DNA of 64,000 bases from Massalongia carnosa (Eukaryota), in contig OZ287078.1 of the NCBI GenBank assembly GCA_965645245.1, positions 1,240,001-1,304,000 of the forward strand. The letters are read 5' to 3'. Made by a program: the position numbers and the translations under genes. Below the pieces are notes generated by a model, which saw only the letters and a list, made by a program, of their open reading frames with translations, did not search any database and was not told where the DNA came from. Within the stretch, counting starts at the first letter, position 1. The number at the start of each line of letters is the position of its first letter. This document shows positions 22,316 through 33,928 of this stretch, one piece after another.

Positions 22316-25300
22316 CTGCGATTATTCAATTAGACTAGCTTGCATTTTAGGAATTCAGGTAAAATTTCTGCAGAGAGTAATACTGTGTAAACAAATGAAC
22401 TATCCCTTCTAAATATTCGTATCATGCACCAAGATGACCAATTCTCCCTCTAATATATTGCAGCTGCAACTCTCTCCTCCCCTGAAGCATGACTATGCAC
22501 GGGTTAGAGCCCAGTTGAATGGAGCCCCACATTTCGGTGTCTTCCTGCACTCATGACCCGATGATCGAAATGATAGCACTAGCATTTGAGGCTAGAAAGT
22601 GGAAGGGCATGCATGAACCGGAGAGTTAATAAGGAGCAAGATACCTAGTATCAAAGATTAAAACGGGCTTAGAGGGAGCTCCAAACCCTTTCGATAAAGA
22701 TGGTAAATACGCTAATCTAGAGTAATTACGGAGAACGGTCTAGAACTTTTAGTTGTTATCACTAGTGCTACAGGCTACATAAGCTACAATATCAGCCCAC
22801 GCCATCCGTACTCCGTAGACATAAACCAAAAGGATCATCTGGTCATCAAGCTTGAGTCGACGGGATACATCAATACATTCGTAGGCAAAACCTCTGCTTT
22901 CGTTCTCAAGCCCATTGGAATCTGAACGGTCTGTTCACCATGTGAACTTGGGTTCCTTGGACGCGTGAACTCGGACGTTTGTTTCGGAAAATGCTGATCG
23001 AAGAAGACCTCAAATACAAACGAGAGCACTCGATCTTGTTCATCATGTCCCTGCCTGACTCTTTGTATCTCTTTGAAAGATGGGTTGGTATTTGTATTGC
23101 TGTCCAAGAATCGTCCCGACATCGACGAAATTTTTGGAACGGCATTGGCTCATGGCCAGCAACAGCCAGAAAATAAACCATGTTCTTCCCCACCTTTGCC
23201 CTAGGCCTCAGTCCCCAAGGATCCTCAAACAGGCCCCATCGACACCAATGACAACTTAGGCAAGACTAGATGCAAGCATGATAAACATATGTTCGGCACC
23301 TTTGCCTTTCCCGTTCGCTTACTCTGCAAGCTACAAGCAAGCTTAACGAATATGGACATTGTAAAGAAAACCCTCGTATCTCTTTTCGCTCGACGACATC
23401 GAAGATACCGCAAAACACGCAAAAACAATGAGCAACTAATCTACGGGGCCGGAATATATTTTGAAAGGGGAGTTTCGGTGTGCTCTCCACCTTGTCTAGA
23501 ATGAAATCTATAACCATCCTTCATCGTCTCGCTTTCCGAGATCCTTTCTGACCGGGGTGAAGTCAATAAAAATCAGTCGAAGCATATATACAGCAAAGGG
23601 GATATGTAAGTCGCCAAGAAAAAGTACAACTACAATCTTCAGGCATTTCATCTCCAGCAATCTCTATCAGCCGGCGCTTGCAGTTGATAATCCCTCTCTG
23701 AATCTGGCGTTCCGCCCCTTCATCCTTTAGGATACGAATAGAGAACGACAATTGACAGCCATCAGATGTATCCAGGATTCGACTAGAAAAGAACCAAATC
23801 AGTTGAAGCAAACATCTTCTGTTTCGAAACCTCCAAAGCTTGAATTATAACAACCAACGAGAAGAAGCGCGCGTCAAAACTCCCACTGTGCAGGATCGGA
23901 ACTTCACAGGTTGTCTTCCATATCTTTGTTTTGGTGGATTCTCCTCTCAATCATGCTTTCTGCGACAATGACGAGAGTTTGACTTGTATTGATATGTGGA
24001 AAGTTGATGTTGCTTCTTTTGATTCCGGACTCCATCTAAATGCCATCAGAGCTGTACTGGAAGGGAAGTAACCACCGATTGCCCCAAGGAGTTCGGTCCG
24101 TGGTCTGCACTTTCATCTTCCGTGTACCACATCCTTGTGATGTAGCTAAGGATATTCTTTTCCTTATCAGATTCCTCTTTTTTTGTGATTGTGTCATAAA
24201 GTTATCCCAGAATCTCTAAACCCAGATCGAAAATGAACTACTTAGAGAAGTTATATCCCATGAGACGGTAGCCTGATGGGAAACCCCCTCACGAAAATGG
24301 GTTGATCGGAAGATCACTGGAGACATGTAGAAACACATTCCATGTTTTTATCGAAAAACATTGAGATCTTGGCCAAACGCAAAGGGAATTTAAGAAATAG
24401 CTAGGGAAGGAACCGTCCAAGACTGGCTCCTGACGACTTTTGTGCTGCCAAAAAGACACTAAATGAAAACACGCAAAATCTGATATTGTCATTCTTCAGT
24501 TGTCTGCTTTGTACTTCAACGTGCAGTACTTCGGAAGATTAAGTAGTGAGCGCTTCTTATTTGTGGTCAAACTTTGCTACTTGAGGCCATCCGCAGTACT
24601 CTGTACTCTGTAGATGTTAATCAAGTGTCGCTTTATCGATCGCATGAATACTAGCTTATTTGCTCCACCAACGCCGTTCACTCGCCCCGCTGCCTGCAAT
24701 CGACAACAAGTTCCTTGCCTGATCGGGGGCGCAGTTTTGTTCGACTACGTAGGTGGCAATAGCGCCTACCAGCAGAAGCGGAGAACAATCACTGGCTCTC
24801 GTGTACATTCCTCGCGCTTCTGAAGGAAAAACGATGCAAAACAAGCGGGAGAAAATGCATTGCGCATCGCAAAAGAGAGCACCACGTAACCTCTACTCTA
24901 TACCCTGTACTTCATCGCATTGTTCGCAAGGTTGAGAAATATGGAGACAGCTGGGCAAGAAAAATCTGCAAAGCAGCATTCGATGCCCGATACAATGGCA
25001 ACAAGATGATGAGGAACGTGGTCGAGTTGTCACAGCTTCAGAGCTGGATAAGAAGGCCGATGCTCCGCAGGTAATCTGCTGCTCCGTGCCCATGATATAG
25101 CGCAACTTCTAATTAGCAACGAAGACAGCGCTCTACGTAGACCCGAAAGTCTTCGACAGCGACACTCCCTATCCTGAAGCTATCGGCAGCTCTGCAAAAG
25201 GTCGCATCAAGTTCAACGCCTCGCCTCCCGCTGCTGAGCATTGGGTCTTGCGACCTACGGTTACTCGAGTTATTACGCTATTGGGCGTTGTCGCTACCGT

Positions 25301-25399
25301 TATCAAAGTCGAATGAGACTAACTTTCAGCAAGAACTTGAGTTCACCTACAAGCACAGTGCTTTCCAAGCAGTTATCCATGAAGACAAATGCGCTTTCA

Positions 25400-26560
25400 C
25401 CCTCAACCGCTAGGTTTGTTGGCGTGAAATTCTGTAACAGACAATGGATTTTGTAGCTGATGTTGCACTGGTCCTACGCCGCACCTGTCAGAACTTTTGT
25501 GGAGCTTGCGCATTCTCAAACACATCAGCTGCAGTCGTCAAACTTTCGAATGGCAATCGCCATTTGTTTTTTCAGAAACATGGTGGGATCATCACGCAGG
25601 CCATTTATAAATCCTCCATCGGACAATGGGACGCAGCCACTGGCGAAATCGTGGCTTCAGATGCAAGAAAACATACACCCCTCGCTATGGTCAACGTTCT
25701 CGAGAATCATGGTGCACCATCCGATGTGGTAACACTTTGTCTACATTTCCGGGTTACTGAAGAAGCTAAGTAGTGTCTGCAAATCTGTGTGTTTTATTGT
25801 GCTGTGAATGGTAGTCTTGCTATTCAAGGGTTTTCATCTCTAACCGGCGAATGGATTCCCGAACACAACTTCGTGGAGTTTGGGGCACTTGTCCCTGCTG
25901 CGTTATCAAGCTATCAGTAGCGGAAATTCCAGACACGCCGTCATTGGAACTGTGCCTGATTTATGAAAATTCAAATGACAGCTTAACCATTCTATATGGC
26001 TCAAGTCTCAAGACGAGATTAGTTTTATACCCCTAGATCCAAGTAATAACGTCATGCCTTACAGCTAATACACCTTTCATCAGCCTATGAAAATGGCAAG
26101 ATATCAACAATAAACTTCTTTCGGCGGCCCCACACGCAGCAACCAAAATGATTTTCGCCAATGCTCATTCCCCCAATGGAGTTTCGATTTTTACTAGTGG
26201 GGATCCCATACAGGAGCCCAAGGATGAAGAAGGGTTTTTATATAATTATACAAACGGAACATTAGGACTGAGTAATCTTTGTTCTTTCGCTCCTCTTATG
26301 AAGAATGGGGGAAATCTGATCAATGCTTCTCATGGTGATGGCTGGGATCAAAGGTATTCTGAGTGCGTCAGAAATATCCAAAAGACCCTAGGTTTCGTTG
26401 GTAGACCTTTATTCGCCCATGACCCAGTATATGTCTTTTGGAATCTCAGTATCGGTCGCTCAGAAGTCCCTAGTTTGCTTTGGGCTGTACCCCTATCCAG
26501 ACGTTGGTCCACCGGGTTGGCCCGCATTCACCGTTTCCGTTTTCCCGATTGGCTGTAATC
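25400..26560 (+). pseudogene. Decayed gene, possibly a fucose-lectin-like beta-propeller membrane protein
   Basis: Fragment AFSNTSAAVVKLSNGNRHLFFQKHGGIITQAIYKSSIGQW..VASDARKHTPLA resembles fungal lectin-like propeller repeats; GT at about 25729 with an AG acceptor downstream; later fragments are broken by stops. Family and boundaries uncertain. Confidence 0.4.
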
Positions 26561-28137
26561 AACAGCACCATGTTTCACGTTTACCATCAGTTTAGCGCTG
26601 ACGCCTTCCTTGAGGATTCATGGGATTAGTCCAGTGGCCAGTGGACCTTAAATAAAAATTCCATCTTACCTTCCTAAGCGGGCTGCAATAGCGAGGAATT
26701 AACCAATGAGAGCAGGGCAAAGGAAACGAACGAGACAACCCGTTCTCGTAGGTAAAAATCATTGCGCTTCCACCCTCCTTGTGCCATGGCTTCAATCTCT
26801 TATTGGATTTTAATACAACTAGGTTGCCAAAGAGGAAGCGAGCAGAGACTGATGAAGAATCAGAGACGCCAACACCCGCATGACGGGATTTTTCTGCGAG
26901 GAATTTTTTTTTTTTTGGAAAGGAGGATGAGAGCACGTAGGATGGCTGAGGATAGGCAGTGAAGCAGTTGAAAAGCATAAGCAGTAAATCAGGGGTTTTG
27001 TAAGAGATCGGAAGATGAAGGTATAAGAGATTAGAAATACCTTTTGTGCAGAATCCAAGTCCTCGCGGGGCTCTGAACCTGATATACAAATACTAATCCC
27101 GCTTTTTGTGAAGGGCAACCGACTGCCATGGGCGACCGAAAGTCATCTCATTAAATTAGATACGGCTGAGACCATTGCGCCGTGGAGCTTGGTTTCGTGT
27201 TTGACTTCCAAGAGCCAGGGGTTAGGGATTGACCGAAGAGAAGGGTAACGGTACGCCCGATCTTAAGCGCTATGCAAAGGAGTTGTTCGTTGCTAGCTGC
27301 GAATAGTCCACTATTTCTTTTCAGTTAAAGGAAGTCAAATGTATACTGATAACTTCTAATATTATGTTTGCCCTGCAAGGTAAACTATTAGCAGGCTTCA
27401 TCGTTACGAGTTCCGTTTGCGCAAGCAATTCGAGGGTTTGGCCGAGCAGCCGACGAGTTCTCCGTGGTAGGAACTGTCGCTAGAGAACCGATCTGCTAGG
27501 GAGAGAAGGAATTTCAGCCAACGCATCAGGTCCTCGTACCATGGCGCCAAAAGGACCAAATATCACCCGGAGTAGTTTAGGGCTGGCCAAGCCAGGACTC
27601 GGGACTGCGAAAGGATCGGAGTGGGATCTGGAAATTGGAGGGTGGCGATGCTTCTGATGGACCAGGAAAGCACACCAGGTCGATTTCTACAATCGGGTTC
27701 TATGTACCGCTGCCGAAATCAGCCAGCTTGACCGAAGATTTGGCAAGGTTTGGGGCGTCAGGGGGCGAAACCGAAGAGGAGGATGTTCTGTGTTTTTATA
27801 TCCCGAGCCAATGCCTTGGCTTTTGTAACATTAATGAATCTATTCTACCTTAGATACCCGTATGATCAATGTTCCTTGGCTTTGCAAACGAGAGCGCTTC
27901 CAATACGCTTTGAGGATCATCCACTAAATGCTCTAGAGCTATTAGTGAAGGTAATGATTCGACAGCATCGCTACTCTGGCGGATGGTGTTATACGAGGTG
28001 ATATTTTAAAGTATTCGGAATGGCCACCGTAGTGGCCTCCGTAACTAGTCTTGAAGAACATCATACAAAGATGCAAATTGACGCTATTCATGACGACGAG
28101 ATGTATAATTGCTACCTTGATTAAATGATAAAACATG

Positions 28138-28341
28138 TTATCCATGAAAAGTATTATCACCTTTTGCGTCAATTACTTGATGCACTCTTTTCATTTGGTT
28201 GAGAATAAATGGATTAATATCCTTCTCAATGTCCAATTTCTTCCATTCATCCAACCACGTCAACTTCAATTCATGTCTGCCTTTGATAAAAGGTCTTCGA
28301 TCACTGATCCGTCGTTTCATAAGGTCCCAGAACGACTCAGT
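28138..28341 (-). pseudogene. C-terminal fragment of a Tc1-type transposase
   Basis: TESFWDLMKRRISDRRPFI..ELKLTWLDEWKKLDIEKDINPFI..MKRVHQVIDAKGDNTFHG* matches the pattern after the catalytic E (IExxWxxMK..EW..I..MxxR..VIxAxG). Confidence 0.7.
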
Positions 28342-29963
28342 CCTTTCCAGAGCTTCTTTCGGCGTTGTCGATGACCTGTTGCTTTTTCAATGCGGCCGCT
28401 TTAGCTCGGTCCAAGACCTTCTGTGCCTTTTCCACCTCATCTTCATGTCGTTTGGTGACTTTAGCACGTACATCTCGAACGGTGATGACCCCACCTGACT
28501 GAGCAACAGTTCCAACAAGCTTTTTACGCGCTACCTTAGCAATTGAGGCTCTGGCTGAGGTCAATAAGTCTCTTTCAGCCAATTGCTGAGCATGAGCGCT
28601 AGCCATAGCACCTTTGAAAAAGCGATCGACATGCAACCTATAATTTCCGTCGATAGCATCATTTGTCTGCATGCTTCTTTGAAGTTTAGTGCCAAAGATG
28701 ATGACCTCAGTGGAAGTGCGAGGTGTTCTGGCCAATAATGGGGCCGACGGTGGGGGTGGAGGGGTAGTCGGCTTTGACGACTTTGCGCCTCGATTTTCGA
28801 GATGACCACTTTCGGATTATAAGGCACTAGTCCTGTGTTTCTGAATGCAGCTAAAATCGTCGAGTGAATGTTTTAAGGCGCATATCCTGAAAAATCGACA
28901 AAAAGTCGATCTTGTTGAACTCCCCTCCACGAATAGCCTCATCAATGGCCTCAGCTTGATAGTGTTTAAAAGGCTGAAACCATCCAACGTCCAGTGGTTG
29001 GGTCAAATGAGTGGAATGAGCAGGTAATCTGAACAATTCGATGTGCTTGCTCTGTGCATACTCGAAAAATTCATACGTCATATGAGATTCATATCCGTCC
29101 AAAATCAACAACCTCCATGCACCAATTTGCCCTTTTGCACTATGTTTATCAAAATGTTTCAACCAATCAGTAGCGAGATCATCATTCGAATAACCAGTTG
29201 AACTGACGGCGAAAAGAATGTCATCATCCAAATCATTGTCCAGGGCCCATTTCTCTTTGATTTGTACGCCAGGAAGTATGATCATGGGGGGAATATCCCT
29301 TCCTCCACCACTACTACTCTCCACCGAGGTAATGTAGTCTCTGTTGTCTGGATCCTTCATCAAAAGAGGCTTATGAGAATGAGTCGAAATTACCCAATGA
29401 GCTTTTCCACAGCCAATTCGAAAGCCCGTTTCATCCATGTTCCAGGTGTCCTCGTCAGCGATTCCCCTCAATTCTCGAAGGACCTTGTACTGCTCAAAAT
29501 GCTTTATCATACTCTCCGAATCGTGTGAATGTTTATGCTCAACAGCGAGGGGTTTTTGTTTACGTTTGAAGTACTCCGGATGACGTTTTAAAAATCGTCT
29601 GGTCCACATGGCGCTTACGGTAGGAAGTGGAGTGTCGGTTTGATCACGATCAATTTGTCCAACTAATGCTCGACCGAGCAGGTAATTAGCAGCTCCACGA
29701 ACCATCGAGAGCTTAGCTGATTGTTCCATATGATCCAATCGCTCAATATAAGCACAAATAGCTCATTCTCGTGCATCTGTAAGTGCTTTGTTGCTTGGTG
29801 AACGAGTTGATTTCGAAGCCCCTCCATTGAGCCTTCGACGAAGTGTCCTCGAACCGACGTGAAAGTTTCGAGCGATAGCGCTGGCACTAGAATAATCACC
29901 ACTGTTATACGCGCTGATAGCCTCATCTAGACGATTTTCAGAGTCCCAGAACGAATCAGACAT
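28341..29963 (-). mobile_element. pogo/Fot1-family (DD35D) transposase, disrupted and 3'-truncated
   Basis: N-terminal HTHs, WTRRFLKRHP, TWNMDETGFRIG, LLILDGYESH, HLTQPLDVG (35 residues between second and third D), AFRNTGLVPYNP. TGA at 29763-29765 and frameshifts near 28870 and 28750. Confidence 0.92.
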
Positions 29964-30090
29964 GGTGGTGTGGAGTAGGCACGCGTTTGGTGAAGGATGA
30001 AATAAATGGTTAATTTGGTCTTTGAACCGTTTTGGACTTTGAACCGTTGGGCACTAGTAAGCGAAAACGATTACTGGTGGTATGGCACGA

Positions 30091-30873
30091 TTAATAACAG
30101 GCTCCAAAATAGAGTCAATATAGACTCGTTGACTCATTTTCCCATTGTTATTTCCTGGAACCTCGTAAAAGTACAAATCGGACTTGTAATTCCACCCGAC
30201 CTTAGCCCAACAATGATAACGTTTTTGCACTGATTCTGGGGTTTCTTTCCCTTCCTGCATACAATCAAAGCAGTATCTTTCACCCGGACGACTTATGATT
30301 CGTAATTGACGTTGAGGTCCCTGTCCAAAATGCACTTCATCACTGAAGCGTACCAGCTTCCAGTCCTCGAGAGTGTACGTGCATTTCATTTCTCTGGCAA
30401 ATGTACGTCGTTTAGCACGTATATTCGGAGACAGCCATGTTCTCGTGCATGCTAAACACTTGTGATAATCCAAGTCCTGCATAGCTCTTCGAACGGTATG
30501 CCAATGTACGTGATTTGCCCCTATGAGACCCACTTCCGCAGCTAATTCATGCCACGTTTTAGCTCGTGCTTGTATGCCTCCATTTTCTGATCTCCTGCAT
30601 CTTTTGAATGTACTCAGCTGCTATGAGTTTCTTTCTTCCTCGCGTTTCCGGCCTGTTTGAATTGTTATGAAGACGTCGAGAAAAATCATCTTTGAGCATT
30701 GCCCATCCCCTGCTCCGTTCCACTCCAAAATGACGAAAAACGTCGCTTTTGAAATAGGATATGCCGTGCGCCTTGTTAAATTCGCACACAGCTTGTACTT
30801 TGGCTTTAGTAGGTGTAGAGTACTCATGTTGAAAATCATGAGACTCTAACTGAGGTGTTTGTTGACGTTGCAT
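30091..30873 (-). pseudogene. N-terminal half of a Tc1-type transposase (HTH, first catalytic D), frameshift near 30580
   Basis: YSTPTKAKVQ, ETRGRKKLI, TVRRAM, DWKLVRFSDEVHFG, RPGERYCFDC, HCWAKVGWNYKS, GKMSQRVYIDSILEPV, then homology stops. Confidence 0.85.
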
Positions 30874-32877
30874 GATGATTGAATTGTTTGCCCGCGTGCG
30901 AGCGTCTCCGTGAATACGAAGGACGCGTTAGCGGTTGCACTCTAGTGCATTCCGAATACTTTAAAATATCACCTTCGAAGGACTGAGATGCTTCGCTTCG
31001 TTTTGTTTGTAATCCTACCTCCGATGACGTAGTTAGCCGGTAGTTGCCCACCATGGCACGAGATTACGGAATGGAAATGATTCCTTTTCCATCCTTCCTG
31101 TGAACTCTCCAGAAGAACTACCAAAGACTTCTTATCATGTCAAACGTCCTCCTTGTTGATCTGATGCCTGCACCAACTGCTACTGGCCATTTTACAGCAG
31201 CTAAGTATCTATCGACACTCAATTGAAGCTTAGCTTCTATCGCACTTTTTACACGGACACAGGCGTTCACGCATTCAAACGTAGTCATGTACTGTGCATG
31301 GCGAGTCTATATTATCAGCATAAGCATCCTCCTGGGCAATGTTAAGTCGAACCTGAACAGAAGAAGGGGAATAGCAATGCAGTTGCTGACATGAGGTCTC
31401 CTCCGTTTCCACCTAGTGGCTTTAACATCTGCCATCACCTCATGGACTGCCTAGATGTGTGTACGTCGACCTCCCAGCGGGGCTGTTCCTTCTTCTTGAC
31501 CTTTTCGATTAGCTGCCCGGCTTCTTGATCGCACGCCATATGCCGCTGTCGTTGACTGCGAACCCATATGCTCCATAGCATGGAGTATCTACAAAATATT
31601 ACGCCTAATGGGAAGAGGTATGACAAACCCAACTATGCTGCAATGTAACATCATTCTTGTGTAACTTTCACTCTTCTCCTACGCCGTATCGATAAATTTA
31701 TTAATTTGAACTCTGGGGTTTTTCATTTCTGTTCGATTGACTGCTGACTCGAGTCATCCAATTAATTTGTCCTAACTGTGCATCTTACTCGCTTCGTTTT
31801 AAAAAAATTTTTACTCTCACACACGCAAGCCGAAGTCAAGTAGCCTCGTTCTCTTCCCAAAACTCTATTTCACCGCTGAGATCGCGACGCTAGAAATATC
31901 CTCATTCGGACTGTGGCGCATTCCTATTTCTCGATTATGGCGCGTTTCCTCGATTTGTAGAGGAGACTTGTCTGGGAAGCTCTTCCTTTCTAAGCTTTGT
32001 TTATCTTATTGAACCATTGACGTGGGAGATCCTTATCTATCTCCTTTACATTGGTAGCTGCGTGTCTTGTGCACTCACGCGTCGTCCTTCCCAAGAGGAA
32101 ATGCATGTAATAGCTTTTGCAGCATATGACGATCTTGCTGGAACCGACCAGGCTTGGCTTGAGATATAGAAAAGCTGATGCACTCGGCAAAATCGCCACG
32201 CTAAAATATATCCCTTTTAACACACCCTTTAAGCGTTAGAACTCATAGGTAGACGACGGCAGTTATATATCTGTTTTTCGACGCAGTAGGTTCTATAAGG
32301 CTGTACAAGATTTTGATACAACACCGTCATCGTGTCTGGCTGAAATATATATTCTTCATCATTTGGCTTACTCCTGAGGGTATACCAACTCGTATACCAA
32401 CTCTTGCTCAACAAAGAAAATGCTGTTGCTTGCCTTCTCCAGATCATGATTTAATGGCTTGTCTCATAGATCCTCGTTGATTCCGCCTGATTATCGCGAT
32501 TGAATCGAGGCGAGTCCGCATAATATGCCTCCCTGAAAGCGCTTTGATATTCTTATGATTGGTCTAGTCTATAGGAAAGGTTGATTTCTTCCAGCCAAGC
32601 TCCATTATTGTGCTGTCATTTGTCCATAGCCAGGACTAGCTCTGTGTGCACCTGCTGCTGCTTCGTCCTATTTCCATTCAAACATGTGCGGATCCTGCGT
32701 CATTTCTATTAAGTCTTTTGCTCCTTTCAAGTTTCCTTGCAACTAGTGTTGTTGAAACAGTTTGGCACGTTGTTGGGGGCTAGAGGCGGCATTGAGTTTG
32801 CCATAGTCTAGAGGGGAATGAAAGGTTGCTGTTGCTATTACCAAGCTGATCTTAGTGTGGACATCGACTTCGATCTA

Positions 32878-32972
32878 ATAAAAAAATATATAAAAAAAAA
32901 AGTCCGTGATCGTCATTGACTGAAATTTTCTTGAAAATGCCTACTTAAGTAGTCCATTCTGCTGTATATAGA
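32878..32972 (+). promoter_or_regulatory. Putative promoter elements of the ice-binding protein gene: A-rich tract and TATA-like TATATA
   Basis: A-rich tract at 32878-32901 and TATATA at about 32965, about 220 bp upstream of ATG 33185. Function inferred from position only. Confidence 0.35.
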
Positions 32973-33184
32973 TCTTGTTACTAGCTAGCATCCAGCAATC
33001 TTACCACCAACTTATCCAAATACATCTACGATCCTATCCACAGAACCTTCAGAGAGTCAACAGTTCCATCTTCAAAATAGTCCAATTCCTTCACCGATCC
33101 CACCCAGCTAGAACCTGCTCCAATCCATCCCATCCTACATAACACCCACCCTCCCCAGGCTCTACAACTCAACCCCAAAAGAAC

Positions 33185-33928
33185 ATGCCTCAGACACTCT
33201 CAATCCTAGGACTTCTACTCGTAGCGACAACCGCCCAAGCATTATCCCTCGGCCTCACAGCGTCAGGCTTCGGAGCCTGCGCCGCCACCACAATCACCAA
33301 CTCCGGCCTGACCGTCGTGAACGGCCCCATCGGTCTATCCCCCGGAAGCTCCGTCACCGGCTTCCCCCCCGGCCAAGCCAGCGCGATTGAAATCAACAGC
33401 CCGGCCGCCAGCAACTGCAAAAGCGACGCGCACACCGCCTACGGCAACGGCGTTGGCCTCTCCTCCACGCAGGTCCTTTCAGGGGTACCCCTCGGAGGCC
33501 TCATCTTGGGGCCGGGGGTGTACAGCTTCGCGACGAGTGCAGCCCTAGACGGCATCCTTACGCTCGACGGCAACGGCAGCAGCACCAGCCAATTCGTCTT
33601 CCAGACCGGCACCACCTTCGAGACCGCCGTGGCGGCCGCGATCCTCCTCCAGAACGGCGCGCGCGCCTGCAACGCCTTCTTCCTCGTCGGCAGCTCCGCC
33701 ACCATCGGCTCCGCCACCCACTTCAATGGCACCGTCATCGCCTACCAGTCCATTGCCGTCGGCACCGCCGTCGTCGCCGTGGGCGGCTTCTTCGCCGACA
33801 ACGGCGCCGTCACCCTTCTCACCAACGACTTGACTCCCCCGGGCACTTGTCTCCCGTTGGAAACGCCCGGAGGGGGGTCGGTGTTGTCTATTGGGGTGGG
33901 GTTGGGCATCGGAGCGGGTTTAGCATAA
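33185..33928 (+). CDS. Secreted DUF3494 (IBP-1 fold) ice-binding/antifreeze protein
   Basis: 247 aa, intronless; signal peptide; TTITNSGLTVVNGPIGLSPGSSVTGFPPG, AHTAY, LGGLILGPGVYSF, LTLDGNG..FVFQ, LQNGARACN..VGSSATIG..FNGTVIA..SI, GAVTL. Confidence 0.93.
   Translation: MPQTLSILGLLLVATTAQALSLGLTASGFGACAATTITNSGLTVVNGPIGLSPGSSVTGFPPGQASAIEINSPAASNCKSDAHTAYGNGVGLSSTQVLSGVPLGGLILGPGVYSFATSAALDGILTLDGNGSSTSQFVFQTGTTFETAVAAAILLQNGARACNAFFLVGSSATIGSATHFNGTVIAYQSIAVGTAVVAVGGFFADNGAVTLLTNDLTPPGTCLPLETPGGGSVLSIGVGLGIGAGLA

Larger units (their letters stand above)
27994..30977 (-). mobile_element. Tc1-like element with about 30 bp TIRs, interrupted by a pogo/Fot1 insertion and an internal deletion
   Basis: AGGTGATATTTTAAAGTATTCGGAATG at 27996-28022 and reverse complement at about 30948-30974; TA at 27992-27993, while the other side reads AA. 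Confidence 0.88.

Noticed and set aside
31435..32447. Short ORFs upstream of the ice-binding gene
   Set aside because: No recognisable domain or coding bias; treated as intergenic.
33185..33928. Bacterial contamination as the source of the ice-binding gene
   Set aside because: Flanks are fungal-like (C/A-rich leader, low-complexity 3' region), with no operon or Shine-Dalgarno context; read-level confirmation is still advisable.
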